A DNA stretch of 32,000 bases from Cupriavidus necator (lineage in GTDB: Bacteria > Pseudomonadota > Gammaproteobacteria > Burkholderiales > Burkholderiaceae): positions 3,720,001 to 3,752,000 of the forward strand of contig NZ_CP066018.1 in NCBI RefSeq assembly GCF_016127575.1, read 5' to 3'. Below the pieces are notes generated by a model. That model worked only from the letters and a program-made list of their open reading frames with translations, ran no database searches and was not told where the DNA came from. Every line of letters starts with the position of its first letter. Within the stretch, counting starts at the first letter, position 1. Below are positions 8,399 through 17,063 of this stretch, in pieces. A program made the translations under genes and the position numbers.

Positions 8399-9782
8399 TA
8401 GCTCGCTCGCAAGTTCATTCGCCGGAGCGGGCAGCCAGGCGCATTGCGGAACCACGGAGGACGGCTCGCAACGTTGATGTCGATGCAAGAATTTCCACCA
8501 CGCCAGGGTCATCGCGGCTTTGGCTTCCTTGACCTTGCTGCCCTATTCCCTTCGAGCGGCTTGAATTTCCCGAAGTCTTCTTCATGCGCCCTGCTCCCGA
8601 CCGTGGGCTTTTCGGGGAGCGGTTTAAGCCATTAGCGCGGCACGATTTGAGGCCAACAGCCGTGTTCAACCGGCACCGACTTCGTTCGTGAGCGGCTTGC
8701 CGCTTTCGAACTCCGTCACGCTGCGCAAGGTTGTTTCGCAAATGGTCGTCACGGCCTCACGCGTGAGGAAGGCTTGGTGCCCGGTCACGATCACGTTAGG
8801 AAACGTGATTAGCTGCTGCAGCACGGAGTCGTCGACGATGATGCCGGACAGGTCGCGGAAGAACAGGCCCGCCTCCTGCTCGTACACGTCGATCGCCAGC
8901 CCGCCGAGTTGCCCGCTCCGGAGCGCTCCGATGACTGCTTCCGTGTCGATCAGCCCGCCGCGGCTGGTGTTGATGAGCAAGGCCCCCGGCTTGGCGCGCG
9001 ACAGCGTTTCGGCATTGATGATGTGATGGGTCTCGGGCGTGAGCGGGCAATGCAGCGAGATGCAGTCCGCGCTTGCGCCGATTTCTCCCTCGTCCGCGTA
9101 GCGTCCACCAAGGGCCTCGAATTCCGGGGACGGGTACTTGTCGTAGCCGATCACGTTGCAACCGAACCCGACCATGATTTTCGCAAACACGCGCCCGATC
9201 TTGCCGGTGCCGATCACGGCCACGGTCTTGCCGCACAGGTCGAAGCCCATCAGGCCTTCGAGCGAGAAATTGAAGTCCCGCGTGCGATTGTAGGCCCGGT
9301 GGATCTTGCGGTTGACCGCCATCAGCAGGGCCGCCGCGTGCTCGGCGACCGCGTTGGGCGAGTAGTCGACAACGCGCACCACCTTGATCCCGAGCGCCTG
9401 CGCGGCTTTCAGGTCGACGTTGTTGAACCCCGTGCAGCGCAGCGCGACCAGCTTGGTGCCGCCGCGTCCGAGCGCTTCCAGCACGGTCGCATCGGCCCGG
9501 TCATTGACGAAGATGCACACTGCGCCGTGGCCCGCGGCGAGGCCCACCGTCTCATTGTCCAAGGGAACTTCGAAGTACTTGAGCTGATGGCCTTCGGCCG
9601 CATTCGCGGCATCGAGATGTTGACGATCATAGGACTTTGCGCTGAAGACGGCGATTTCCATGATGTGTCTCCGCGGCGAATCGCATGGCGCGCTTCGCCC
9701 AGGTTGCCCTGCACTATCCGCCAGCCAGTGTGGCGGCGACCTGTACGAACAGGATTTTCACGATGGTCATTGACGGGAAGAT
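8107..9782. repeat. Tandem duplication, unit 1 (1,676 bp)
   Basis: Every ORF in the track within 8107-9782 recurs at +1,676 nt with an identical translation in several frames and on both strands. The stretches I compared base by base (8107-8690 vs 9783-10366; 9662-9782 vs 11338-11458) are identical. Confidence 0.9.
8666..9661 (-). CDS. ldhA: D-lactate dehydrogenase (D-isomer-specific 2-hydroxyacid dehydrogenase), copy 1
   Basis: The 331-aa product is colinear with fermentative LdhA. Shared blocks include CIFVND, ALRCTGFNNVDL, AVAEHA, NRKIHRAYNRTRDFNFSLEGL, GKTVAVIGTGKIG, SLHCPLTPETHH, NTSRGGLID and GHQAFLT. An SD (GGAGA) precedes the ATG. Confidence 0.95.
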   Translation of the reverse strand: MEIAVFSAKSYDRQHLDAANAAEGHQLKYFEVPLDNETVGLAAGHGAVCIFVNDRADATVLEALGRGGTKLVALRCTGFNNVDLKAAQALGIKVVRVVDYSPNAVAEHAAALLMAVNRKIHRAYNRTRDFNFSLEGLMGFDLCGKTVAVIGTGKIGRVFAKIMVGFGCNVIGYDKYPSPEFEALGGRYADEGEIGASADCISLHCPLTPETHHIINAETLSRAKPGALLINTSRGGLIDTEAVIGALRSGQLGGLAIDVYEQEAGLFFRDLSGIIVDDSVLQQLITFPNVIVTGHQAFLTREAVTTICETTLRSVTEFESGKPLTNEVGAG

Positions 9783-10074
9783 ATGTGCCGGCGTGGAGCG
9801 CTATGGGGAAACAGGACTTCTTCGAGGACTGGCTGTTGCGCAGCGCGCAAGGTCTGCAGGTCTCGGCGAGCTTCTGCTTTCCGCAATCGTGGCAGACGTC
9901 CGGCTGCAAGGGGTCGCATCAATAGTGTTGCAGACCAAGACCGCATCCGGCTATTTCGCGCGCCTCGGCTTCGCGCCAATCAACCTTTCTGACCTGCCGC
10001 CTGCCGTAATGCGCTCGCAGGAACTCAACCGTCCCCCAGCCGATGTCGGGACGCTGATGCAAATTGCCTTGTAG
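9783..10074 (+). pseudogene. 5'-truncated second copy of the GNAT gene (codons 52-end), embedded in chimeric ORF 9685-10074
   Basis: CAGVERYGETGLL...MQIAL is identical to the C-terminal 96 aa of the 7970-8398 product. The first 33 codons of ORF 9685-10074 are antisense to the ldhA upstream region and the transporter 3' tail. Confidence 0.8.
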
Positions 10075-10341
10075 TAGCTCGCTCGCAAGTTCATTCGCCG
10101 GAGCGGGCAGCCAGGCGCATTGCGGAACCACGGAGGACGGCTCGCAACGTTGATGTCGATGCAAGAATTTCCACCACGCCAGGGTCATCGCGGCTTTGGC
10201 TTCCTTGACCTTGCTGCCCTATTCCCTTCGAGCGGCTTGAATTTCCCGAAGTCTTCTTCATGCGCCCTGCTCCCGACCGTGGGCTTTTCGGGGAGCGGTT
10301 TAAGCCATTAGCGCGGCACGATTTGAGGCCAACAGCCGTGT

Positions 10342-11337
10342 TCAACCGGCACCGACTTCGTTCGTGAGCGGCTTGCCGCTTTCGAACTCCGTCACGCTGC
10401 GCAAGGTTGTTTCGCAAATGGTCGTCACGGCCTCACGCGTGAGGAAGGCTTGGTGCCCGGTCACGATCACGTTAGGAAACGTGATTAGCTGCTGCAGCAC
10501 GGAGTCGTCGACGATGATGCCGGACAGGTCGCGGAAGAACAGGCCCGCCTCCTGCTCGTACACGTCGATCGCCAGCCCGCCGAGTTGCCCGCTCCGGAGC
10601 GCTCCGATGACTGCTTCCGTGTCGATCAGCCCGCCGCGGCTGGTGTTGATGAGCAAGGCCCCCGGCTTGGCGCGCGACAGCGTTTCGGCATTGATGATGT
10701 GATGGGTCTCGGGCGTGAGCGGGCAATGCAGCGAGATGCAGTCCGCGCTTGCGCCGATTTCTCCCTCGTCCGCGTAGCGTCCACCAAGGGCCTCGAATTC
10801 CGGGGACGGGTACTTGTCGTAGCCGATCACGTTGCAACCGAACCCGACCATGATTTTCGCAAACACGCGCCCGATCTTGCCGGTGCCGATCACGGCCACG
10901 GTCTTGCCGCACAGGTCGAAGCCCATCAGGCCTTCGAGCGAGAAATTGAAGTCCCGCGTGCGATTGTAGGCCCGGTGGATCTTGCGGTTGACCGCCATCA
11001 GCAGGGCCGCCGCGTGCTCGGCGACCGCGTTGGGCGAGTAGTCGACAACGCGCACCACCTTGATCCCGAGCGCCTGCGCGGCTTTCAGGTCGACGTTGTT
11101 GAACCCCGTGCAGCGCAGCGCGACCAGCTTGGTGCCGCCGCGTCCGAGCGCTTCCAGCACGGTCGCATCGGCCCGGTCATTGACGAAGATGCACACTGCG
11201 CCGTGGCCCGCGGCGAGGCCCACCGTCTCATTGTCCAAGGGAACTTCGAAGTACTTGAGCTGATGGCCTTCGGCCGCATTCGCGGCATCGAGATGTTGAC
11301 GATCATAGGACTTTGCGCTGAAGACGGCGATTTCCAT
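10342..11337 (-). CDS. ldhA: D-lactate dehydrogenase, copy 2 (identical translation to copy 1)
   Basis: The 331-aa translation is identical to 8666-9661. The gene lies 52 nt downstream of the transporter gene stop on the same strand. Confidence 0.95.
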   Translation of the reverse strand: MEIAVFSAKSYDRQHLDAANAAEGHQLKYFEVPLDNETVGLAAGHGAVCIFVNDRADATVLEALGRGGTKLVALRCTGFNNVDLKAAQALGIKVVRVVDYSPNAVAEHAAALLMAVNRKIHRAYNRTRDFNFSLEGLMGFDLCGKTVAVIGTGKIGRVFAKIMVGFGCNVIGYDKYPSPEFEALGGRYADEGEIGASADCISLHCPLTPETHHIINAETLSRAKPGALLINTSRGGLIDTEAVIGALRSGQLGGLAIDVYEQEAGLFFRDLSGIIVDDSVLQQLITFPNVIVTGHQAFLTREAVTTICETTLRSVTEFESGKPLTNEVGAG

Positions 11338-11389
11338 GATGTGTCTCCGCGGCGAATCGCATGGCGCGCTTCGCCCAGGTTGCCCTGCA

Positions 11390-12982
11390 CTATCCGCCAG
11401 CCAGTGTGGCGGCGACCTGTACGAACAGGATTTTCACGATGGTCATTGACGGGAAGATCATCGAGTAGCCGAGGTCGGGCCGGTCGGTGGGCGCGACGCG
11501 GTTGGCAAAGGCAAGGATGGCGGGATTGCCGGTCGCGCCGCAGATCACGCCCACCGCCAGGTCGAACGGCAGCCTGAAGACCCAGAGGCAGAAAATCGCA
11601 GTAATCAGCAGCAGGGCAAGCAGAATCACCACGCCATAGATCAGGAAGGACACCCCGGTTACGCCGATGGTGGCGAAGAACTTCGGCCCGGATGCAATGC
11701 CCACCTGTGCCAGGAAGATGGTCAGCCCGAAGTTGCGCAGGACCAGGTTGGCCGACAGCGGCATGGTCCAGACGAACGGCCCGAGACGGCGCACCCGGCC
11801 GAGCATGAGGGCGACCAGCAGCAGCGCCGCCAGCCCCAGCGCCAGCGTGCCGACGCCCGGAATCGGCACCGGGATCAGCCCCACCAGCAGCCCGAGGGCC
11901 GCGCCGATGCCGATCGAGATAAAGCTCAGCTCGGCGGTGCCCTTGATGGAGTCGCCGAACAGCGCGCGAATCGGCTTCATGTGGGCGCGATTGACCAGCA
12001 GGCCGACGCGGTCACCGAACTCGAGGGTGAGGTCATCCCGGGGCATCAGGTCCGCATCACCGCGCCGCACATGGGCGATCGAGCAGACCATGCCTTCGGG
12101 AAAGCGGATATCGCGCAGCGTGTGTCCGACCACGAGCCGGCTAGAGGCGAACACGCGCATATAGTCCAGGTCTTCGCGATGGCTTGTCATGCGGCCCGGC
12201 TGCAGTTCCCCGCACAGCGAGGTGGCTTCACGCAGCACGGCCGGGTCAGTGGCGGTCGCGAGCAGCACGTCGTTGGCCTGCAGGACCAGGTCGTCGGCGG
12301 AGGGGTGGTTGTGGTGGGCGCGACGCACGGCGGCAATCGCCACCCCGTCCGGTAGGCGCGCTACCACCTCCGACAGCCGCGCGCCGATAAACGCCGGGTT
12401 CGTCAGCGCAATCTCGGCGGTCTCGATCAGCTTTGGCGGCGGCCGCACGATATTCGGCTTGAGCAGCGCGGTGAGCGCATACAGAAACAGGATCGGCCCT
12501 GCCACGCCGACTGGGTATGCGACGCTGTAGCCCACCGCGGCGCCGTCGCTCTTCATCGCCGCCATCGCGGCCTGCAGGCTTGCCGTGCTGGTGCCCGCGC
12601 CGGCGAACATGCCTAGCGACTCGTCTAGCTTCACGCCGACCAGCGGCACCAACGCAACCGCGAGCAGTCCGGAGCCAACCACGCCGAGGACCGCAGCGGC
12701 GTTGGCCTTGATGCCATCGGGGCTGGTCAGACCCTTAAAGAACTGCTCCCCGTACTGGATCCCAATGCCATAGAGAAAGAGCAGCAGCCCTAGGGTGCCA
12801 AGGATGGCAGGCGGCGCGGACTTCGGCGCGAACCCGCCGATCGCCAGCCCCACGAACAGCACCGCGCCCGAACCGAGCGACACGCCCTTGATATTGATCT
12901 CGCCGAAGACATAGCCCAGTGCAACCGTGAGGAACAGCGTGAGCAGCGGCTGGGTTTCGAGCAATGTCCGGACTGCATCCAT
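11390..12982 (-). CDS. AAE-family (AspT/YidE/YbjL-type) putative transport protein with two central TrkA-C/RCK_C domains
   Basis: The product is 530 aa from MDAVRTLLETQPLLTLFLTVALGYVFGEINIKG. ATG 12982 is preceded by AAGGAG. It has N- and C-terminal polytopic halves flanking two RCK_C-like segments (..LQANDVLLATATDP.., ..LEFGDRVGLLVNRAH..). The ORF-track start at 13087 adds 35 non-hydrophobic codons without an SD. Confidence 0.85.
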   Translation of the reverse strand: MDAVRTLLETQPLLTLFLTVALGYVFGEINIKGVSLGSGAVLFVGLAIGGFAPKSAPPAILGTLGLLLFLYGIGIQYGEQFFKGLTSPDGIKANAAAVLGVVGSGLLAVALVPLVGVKLDESLGMFAGAGTSTASLQAAMAAMKSDGAAVGYSVAYPVGVAGPILFLYALTALLKPNIVRPPPKLIETAEIALTNPAFIGARLSEVVARLPDGVAIAAVRRAHHNHPSADDLVLQANDVLLATATDPAVLREATSLCGELQPGRMTSHREDLDYMRVFASSRLVVGHTLRDIRFPEGMVCSIAHVRRGDADLMPRDDLTLEFGDRVGLLVNRAHMKPIRALFGDSIKGTAELSFISIGIGAALGLLVGLIPVPIPGVGTLALGLAALLLVALMLGRVRRLGPFVWTMPLSANLVLRNFGLTIFLAQVGIASGPKFFATIGVTGVSFLIYGVVILLALLLITAIFCLWVFRLPFDLAVGVICGATGNPAILAFANRVAPTDRPDLGYSMIFPSMTIVKILFVQVAATLAGG

Positions 12983-13611
12983 GGCAGCTCCTTTCTGATG
13001 GGCAGGAGCAAGGGGGGCAGCGATAAGCAACTGCGCAGGGTCACGCGCGCACTGCGCGGACGGGGTTGACAACCGTTTTCCGGGCATGCGTTATCGAGTG
13101 CGGCTTGCATGAACCCGATCATCGTGACAGGCACCGGCCGGCACGGCGGCAACCACCGGAATGCCCCTCGAAAATATACGATGCGCCGCACAAGTTCAAG
13201 AATTGAAGCGGCGCTCGGTCAAACAGGCGGTTGGCACCTCCAGACACAAATCTTCTGCCAAACCCTATCTCCACCTTACGGTAGCGCCGGCCTCACTTTC
13301 CCCCACATGCTGCGGCCAACCGCGCGCTAGCCAATCGAGGCGATCATCGCGTCGGCGAGATCTTCGCAGCGCATCCAAAGCCGCCGGAAATCCACCAATC
13401 TGCTGGCATCCGGTATGTCGGGTGGGAACGGGCACGAATCCGTGCGGAATATGCAGGCTATCGCCGGTCAATTCGACGTACGGCTCAGCTTCCAGGATCC
13501 ATCAGAAGGCAGCCCGGTTTCTGGGGTCACGCTGATCCTGCCAAGCTGCGGTGCAGGCAATACCCGCAAATGGGGCTGTGCGACAACGCTGCATGGGACT
13601 AAATTACGGCA

Positions 13612-15153
13612 ATGCCGAAACCCCTTTCTCCTGCTTCTGAAACAGCCGGCACCGGACGCCTGCCATACCGAATCGACCTGGAGTTCGCGCGTGGCCTGGT
13701 CTGGTTCCGGCGCGACCTGCGCGCCGACGACCATGCAGCGCTGCACTATGCCCTCAAGCACTGCCGCCAAGTGTGGTGCGTGTTTGTCTTCGATCGCGAA
13801 ATCCTTGACCCGCTGATTGCACGCGGACGCAAGGTCGATCGACGTGTAGAGTTCATCCTGAGGTCGTTAGAGCCGTTACGCAGGACGCTGACCGATGCGG
13901 GCGGCGGCCTGATCGTGCTTGACGATATCGCGCGCGATGCCATTCCCAGGCTGGCGGCCGAACTCGATGCCGATGCCGTCTTCACGAACCACGACTACGA
14001 ACCTGCCGCGAAGCGGCGTGACACGGCCGTGCGTCAGGCACTGGCTTCCGACTCCCGAGTGCTGTTCACATTCAAGGACCAGGTTATCTTCGAGGCTGAC
14101 GAGCTCTTGACCGGCCAAGGCCAGCCCTTCAGCGTCTTCGCGCCGTACAAGAATGCGTGGTTACGCGCAGTGCAGCCGTTCGACCTTCGACCGTATCCAG
14201 TCGACCAGTATCTGGGCGCGCTGGCACCGGTGCCCCGTCAGTATCAAAAGGCTTCGCCGATGCTGCACGATCTCGGCTTCGCTGCCAGCAATCTTGCCGA
14301 GATTGCAATGCCCACGGGCAGTGATGGCGCCCGTGCACTGTTCGATGAATTCATCGACCGCATCGGCGATTATGGCTACCGGCGAGATTTCCCCTCGCTG
14401 CGCGGCCCGAGCTACCTATCGGTACACCTGCGCTTCGGCACGATCTCGATCCGCACGCTGGCGCGAGCCGCGCTTGACGCCGTACTGCGCGGCGGCAGCG
14501 AAAGCGCCGGCGCGGCCGTCTGGCTATCCGAACTGATCTGGCGCGACTTCTATTTCATGATCCTCCACCACCATCCCCGCGTGGCCGACGGCAAGTCTTT
14601 CCGCCCCGAATACGATGCGCTGCAGTGGGTCGACTCTGTCACGGGTGACAAATACTTTCAGGCATGGTGCGACGCTCAGACCGGCTATCCGCTGGTCGAT
14701 GCCGCGATGCTGCAGATCCGCCAGAGCGGCTACATGCATAATCGTCTACGGATGGTGACTGCGAGCTTTCTCGTCAAGGATCTCGGCGTCGACTGGCGAC
14801 GCGGCGAGCAATATTTCGCCGACCAGCTCAATGATTTCGATTTCTCGGCCAACAACGGCGGGTGGCAGTGGGCTGCGTCAACGGGCTGCGATGCACAGCC
14901 GTACTTCCGTATCTTCAATCCGGTCAAGCAATCGGAGAAATTTGATCCACAGGGGCGATTTATTCGCAAGTACTTGCCGGTGCTGGCACAGATGCCGGAC
15001 CAGTACATCCATGCGCCATGGACGGCGCCTGTGAATGTACTGGCTACAGCGGGGGTGAAGCTTGGAGAGAACTATCCACCCCCGATCGTGCAGCACGAAG
15101 TTGCGCGGAAACAGACCCTTGAAAGGTATGCGGCGATAAGGAAATCAATATAG
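13612..15153 (+). CDS. phrB: Deoxyribodipyrimidine photolyase (class I CPD photolyase/cryptochrome family)
   Basis: Family blocks are present: LVWFRRDLRADDHAAL, SYLSVHLRFGTIS, WRDFY, TGYPLVDAAMLQIRQSGYMHNRLRMVTASFLVKDL, NNGGWQWAASTGCDAQPYFRIFNP. The exact start is uncertain because the SD is weak. Confidence 0.9.
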   Translation: MPKPLSPASETAGTGRLPYRIDLEFARGLVWFRRDLRADDHAALHYALKHCRQVWCVFVFDREILDPLIARGRKVDRRVEFILRSLEPLRRTLTDAGGGLIVLDDIARDAIPRLAAELDADAVFTNHDYEPAAKRRDTAVRQALASDSRVLFTFKDQVIFEADELLTGQGQPFSVFAPYKNAWLRAVQPFDLRPYPVDQYLGALAPVPRQYQKASPMLHDLGFAASNLAEIAMPTGSDGARALFDEFIDRIGDYGYRRDFPSLRGPSYLSVHLRFGTISIRTLARAALDAVLRGGSESAGAAVWLSELIWRDFYFMILHHHPRVADGKSFRPEYDALQWVDSVTGDKYFQAWCDAQTGYPLVDAAMLQIRQSGYMHNRLRMVTASFLVKDLGVDWRRGEQYFADQLNDFDFSANNGGWQWAASTGCDAQPYFRIFNPVKQSEKFDPQGRFIRKYLPVLAQMPDQYIHAPWTAPVNVLATAGVKLGENYPPPIVQHEVARKQTLERYAAIRKSI

Positions 15154-15244
15154 CCGTTGCAGATCGCGATTCCGGCTAATGGCGTTCGACCGGCTCGAGC
15201 GCCCTCCACTCCCCGGCTGCTCTCCGGGCCATCGCACTAAGCCA

Positions 15245-16945
15245 CTAGGGCGCGGAAAACGCCGCGCCGATTTGCCGTGCCCGTTTCATCTCGTCGCCGT
15301 GCAGGTAGATCGAGGTGGTCGAGATCGAGGCGTGACGCAGGTTGTCCCTCACTGTCGTCAATTCCGCGCCGCGCGCCAGTGCATGAGTCGCATGAGTGTG
15401 CCGCATCCAGTGCGGGCTCGCCTGCCGCAGCTTGTCGGCGGCGGAAGGGTGATCCGCCTGGATCAAGTCCGCCACTTGCCTGAAGAAGCGCCGCAACACG
15501 CCCCACAGGCGCGTGCCGGTGATGCCACTGGCCGGATCCTGGCCAAGGCCGCCGATCAGTGGGGTATGCGGGTCCCATCGCGCTGGCGTGACTGGCAGGC
15601 CTCGTTCCACCAGATAGCTGTCGAGCGCCAGGCGCGCCAACGGTGGCAGTGCCACCTTGCCAGCCTTGGCTCCTTTGCCAACCAGCTTGAGCCAATGGTC
15701 GCCATGGGGATCGCTTTCAACGTCGCCGAGCGTCGCACCGACGAGTTCGCTGGCGCGCAGTCCGGTGGCGTAGCCGAAGTCCAGCACAAAGCGCAGGCGC
15801 TGGGCCGCCGGGCCGTCCCAGCCATAGGACCATTCGAGGCCGTCAGCAATGGTGCGGATCAGCAGCCATTCGCCTTCCGTGAACGCGTGCGAGCTGTCCA
15901 GCGCCACCGACCGCCCTCCTCCGCGCACCTTGATCCCGGCGAACGGATTGGCCAGCACATAGCGCTGCTGGATCAGCCAGCGGAACATCGCCCCCAGTAC
16001 AGACAAGGCATGGGCGGTGGAGCGCGCCGAGAGGCTGCCGGTGAACGGACGCCAGTCGGGCGAGGTACGTGGTCTCGCTGGCCCTACCCAGCGTTCCCGG
16101 GGCGCCGGTCGCCGCACGAAGCTGCGATAGGCCGTCGCATCCTCAGTGGTCAGCGACGACAACGGCCGTTCGCGCTCGACAATCGCCCACAGGATCAGCC
16201 GCTCGGCCTCTTTGCGATAGGTGCGCTGCGTCGCTGGCGACTCATGCAAGGCCAGCCACGCCTGGATCGCCGCGTAATCGTTGTCCGCATTGAGGGCGCA
16301 GGTCGCGCGCGGCGCGCGGAACTTCCCCCGCGACCCATCCACTTCATGCGGCAGCCGCAGTTGCTCCCATGGCACGACCATGCCCCGCGGCGCCTGCGCG
16401 AGCAGCGCCCGGGCGCGCTCGGTCAGTTGGGGGTGCCGGGCAAAGAAGGCTTCGACCTGTCGGGCCCCGGCCGCGCCCAGGCCGGGGATCGCGGCCCACC
16501 AGCGGCGCCGGCGCGGCACCCGAACGGTCAGTGCCGCCAGCGTGTCGATGCCCTGCGCGCGCAGCGCGGCGACCGTGCGCGGCGCCAGCCACAAGCCGAT
16601 GTCGTCGCTGATTGCCGGTGCCGGCGGCGGCAGCGTACGCAGCGTCTCGATGGCATGGTCCGCTGCCCTGCCCTTCTCCGCCCGCTCGGCCGCGGAAATT
16701 TCAAACAGCGCAGCCAGGTCCTCGCGCTGGCGGCTGCGGGCGTATGCGGCAAGCTGGCGGCGGATGCGCCCGAGGATGCCGCGCGACGACTGGCCCTGCG
16801 CCCGCTCCTCGCCCAGATATCGTGCGACGGCTTCGCGCGTCGTCAGCCCGGCATGCCAGGCGCGCAGCGCGGCGAGTGAGGTGGCATCGGGGAAGCCGGA
16901 TGGCGGGGCCGGTTCCGGCGGGGTCAGGGTCAAGCGAGTTTTCAT
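15245..16945 (-). CDS. Tyrosine recombinase / phage-integrase-family protein, 566 aa with a long N-terminal extension
   Basis: The C-terminal catalytic set is intact: ATGLRASEL (Arg I), GKGAKAGKVALP (Lys), HWMRHTHATH (His-x-x-Arg), LRHASISTTSIYLH (His/Tyr). The ~250-aa N-terminal region contains helix-hairpin-helix-like GIDTLAAL / IPGLGAAGARQVEAF segments. Confidence 0.85.
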   Translation of the reverse strand: MKTRLTLTPPEPAPPSGFPDATSLAALRAWHAGLTTREAVARYLGEERAQGQSSRGILGRIRRQLAAYARSRQREDLAALFEISAAERAEKGRAADHAIETLRTLPPPAPAISDDIGLWLAPRTVAALRAQGIDTLAALTVRVPRRRRWWAAIPGLGAAGARQVEAFFARHPQLTERARALLAQAPRGMVVPWEQLRLPHEVDGSRGKFRAPRATCALNADNDYAAIQAWLALHESPATQRTYRKEAERLILWAIVERERPLSSLTTEDATAYRSFVRRPAPRERWVGPARPRTSPDWRPFTGSLSARSTAHALSVLGAMFRWLIQQRYVLANPFAGIKVRGGGRSVALDSSHAFTEGEWLLIRTIADGLEWSYGWDGPAAQRLRFVLDFGYATGLRASELVGATLGDVESDPHGDHWLKLVGKGAKAGKVALPPLARLALDSYLVERGLPVTPARWDPHTPLIGGLGQDPASGITGTRLWGVLRRFFRQVADLIQADHPSAADKLRQASPHWMRHTHATHALARGAELTTVRDNLRHASISTTSIYLHGDEMKRARQIGAAFSAP

Positions 16946-16972
16946 ATACGCCAGTTTAGCGCATCGATGTAT

Positions 16973-17002
16973 CTATTACGATAAGGATACTTATCGTAAT
17001 AG
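16973..17002. promoter_or_regulatory. 30-bp perfect palindrome (13-bp inverted arms + 4-nt centre, or 11+8+11) 28 nt upstream of the recombinase ATG
   Basis: The sequence is CTATTACGATAAG-GATA-CTTATCGTAATAG. It is read directly from the sequence, is AT-rich within GC-rich DNA, and lies in the recombinase promoter/leader region. Confidence 0.7.
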
Positions 17003-17063
17003 CTGGATCGGTAGCTTGTAGCGCAAGGGCTGGCGCCGGATCGCTGCGCCATGCGCGCAACGG

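Larger units (their letters stand above)
9783..11458. repeat. Tandem duplication, unit 2 (1,676 bp)
   Basis: Same evidence as unit 1. The novel junction is 9782|9783 (..gacgggaagat|atgtgccggcgtgg..). The native right flank resumes at 11459 (..gggaagat|catcgag..). Confidence 0.9.

Noticed and set aside
8399-8665. A possible eroded gene or sRNA in the GNAT-ldhA spacer (duplicated at 10075-10341)
   Set aside because: It contains only short, frame-hopping protein-like fragments and an imperfect hairpin (CTCCCGA..TCGGGGAG). I found nothing I could assign.
8909-9925. 338-aa and 330-aa plus-strand ORFs (also 10585-11577) antisense to the ldhA copies
   Set aside because: The ldhA reading on the minus strand is unambiguous. 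These are antisense GC artefacts, useful only as extra evidence that the two units are identical.
15179-16879. A 566-aa plus-strand ORF mirroring the 566-aa recombinase ORF
   Set aside because: The minus-strand product has a complete tyrosine-recombinase motif set. The plus-strand product is Arg/Pro/Gly-rich with no motifs. The equal length is a coincidence of stop-codon depletion.
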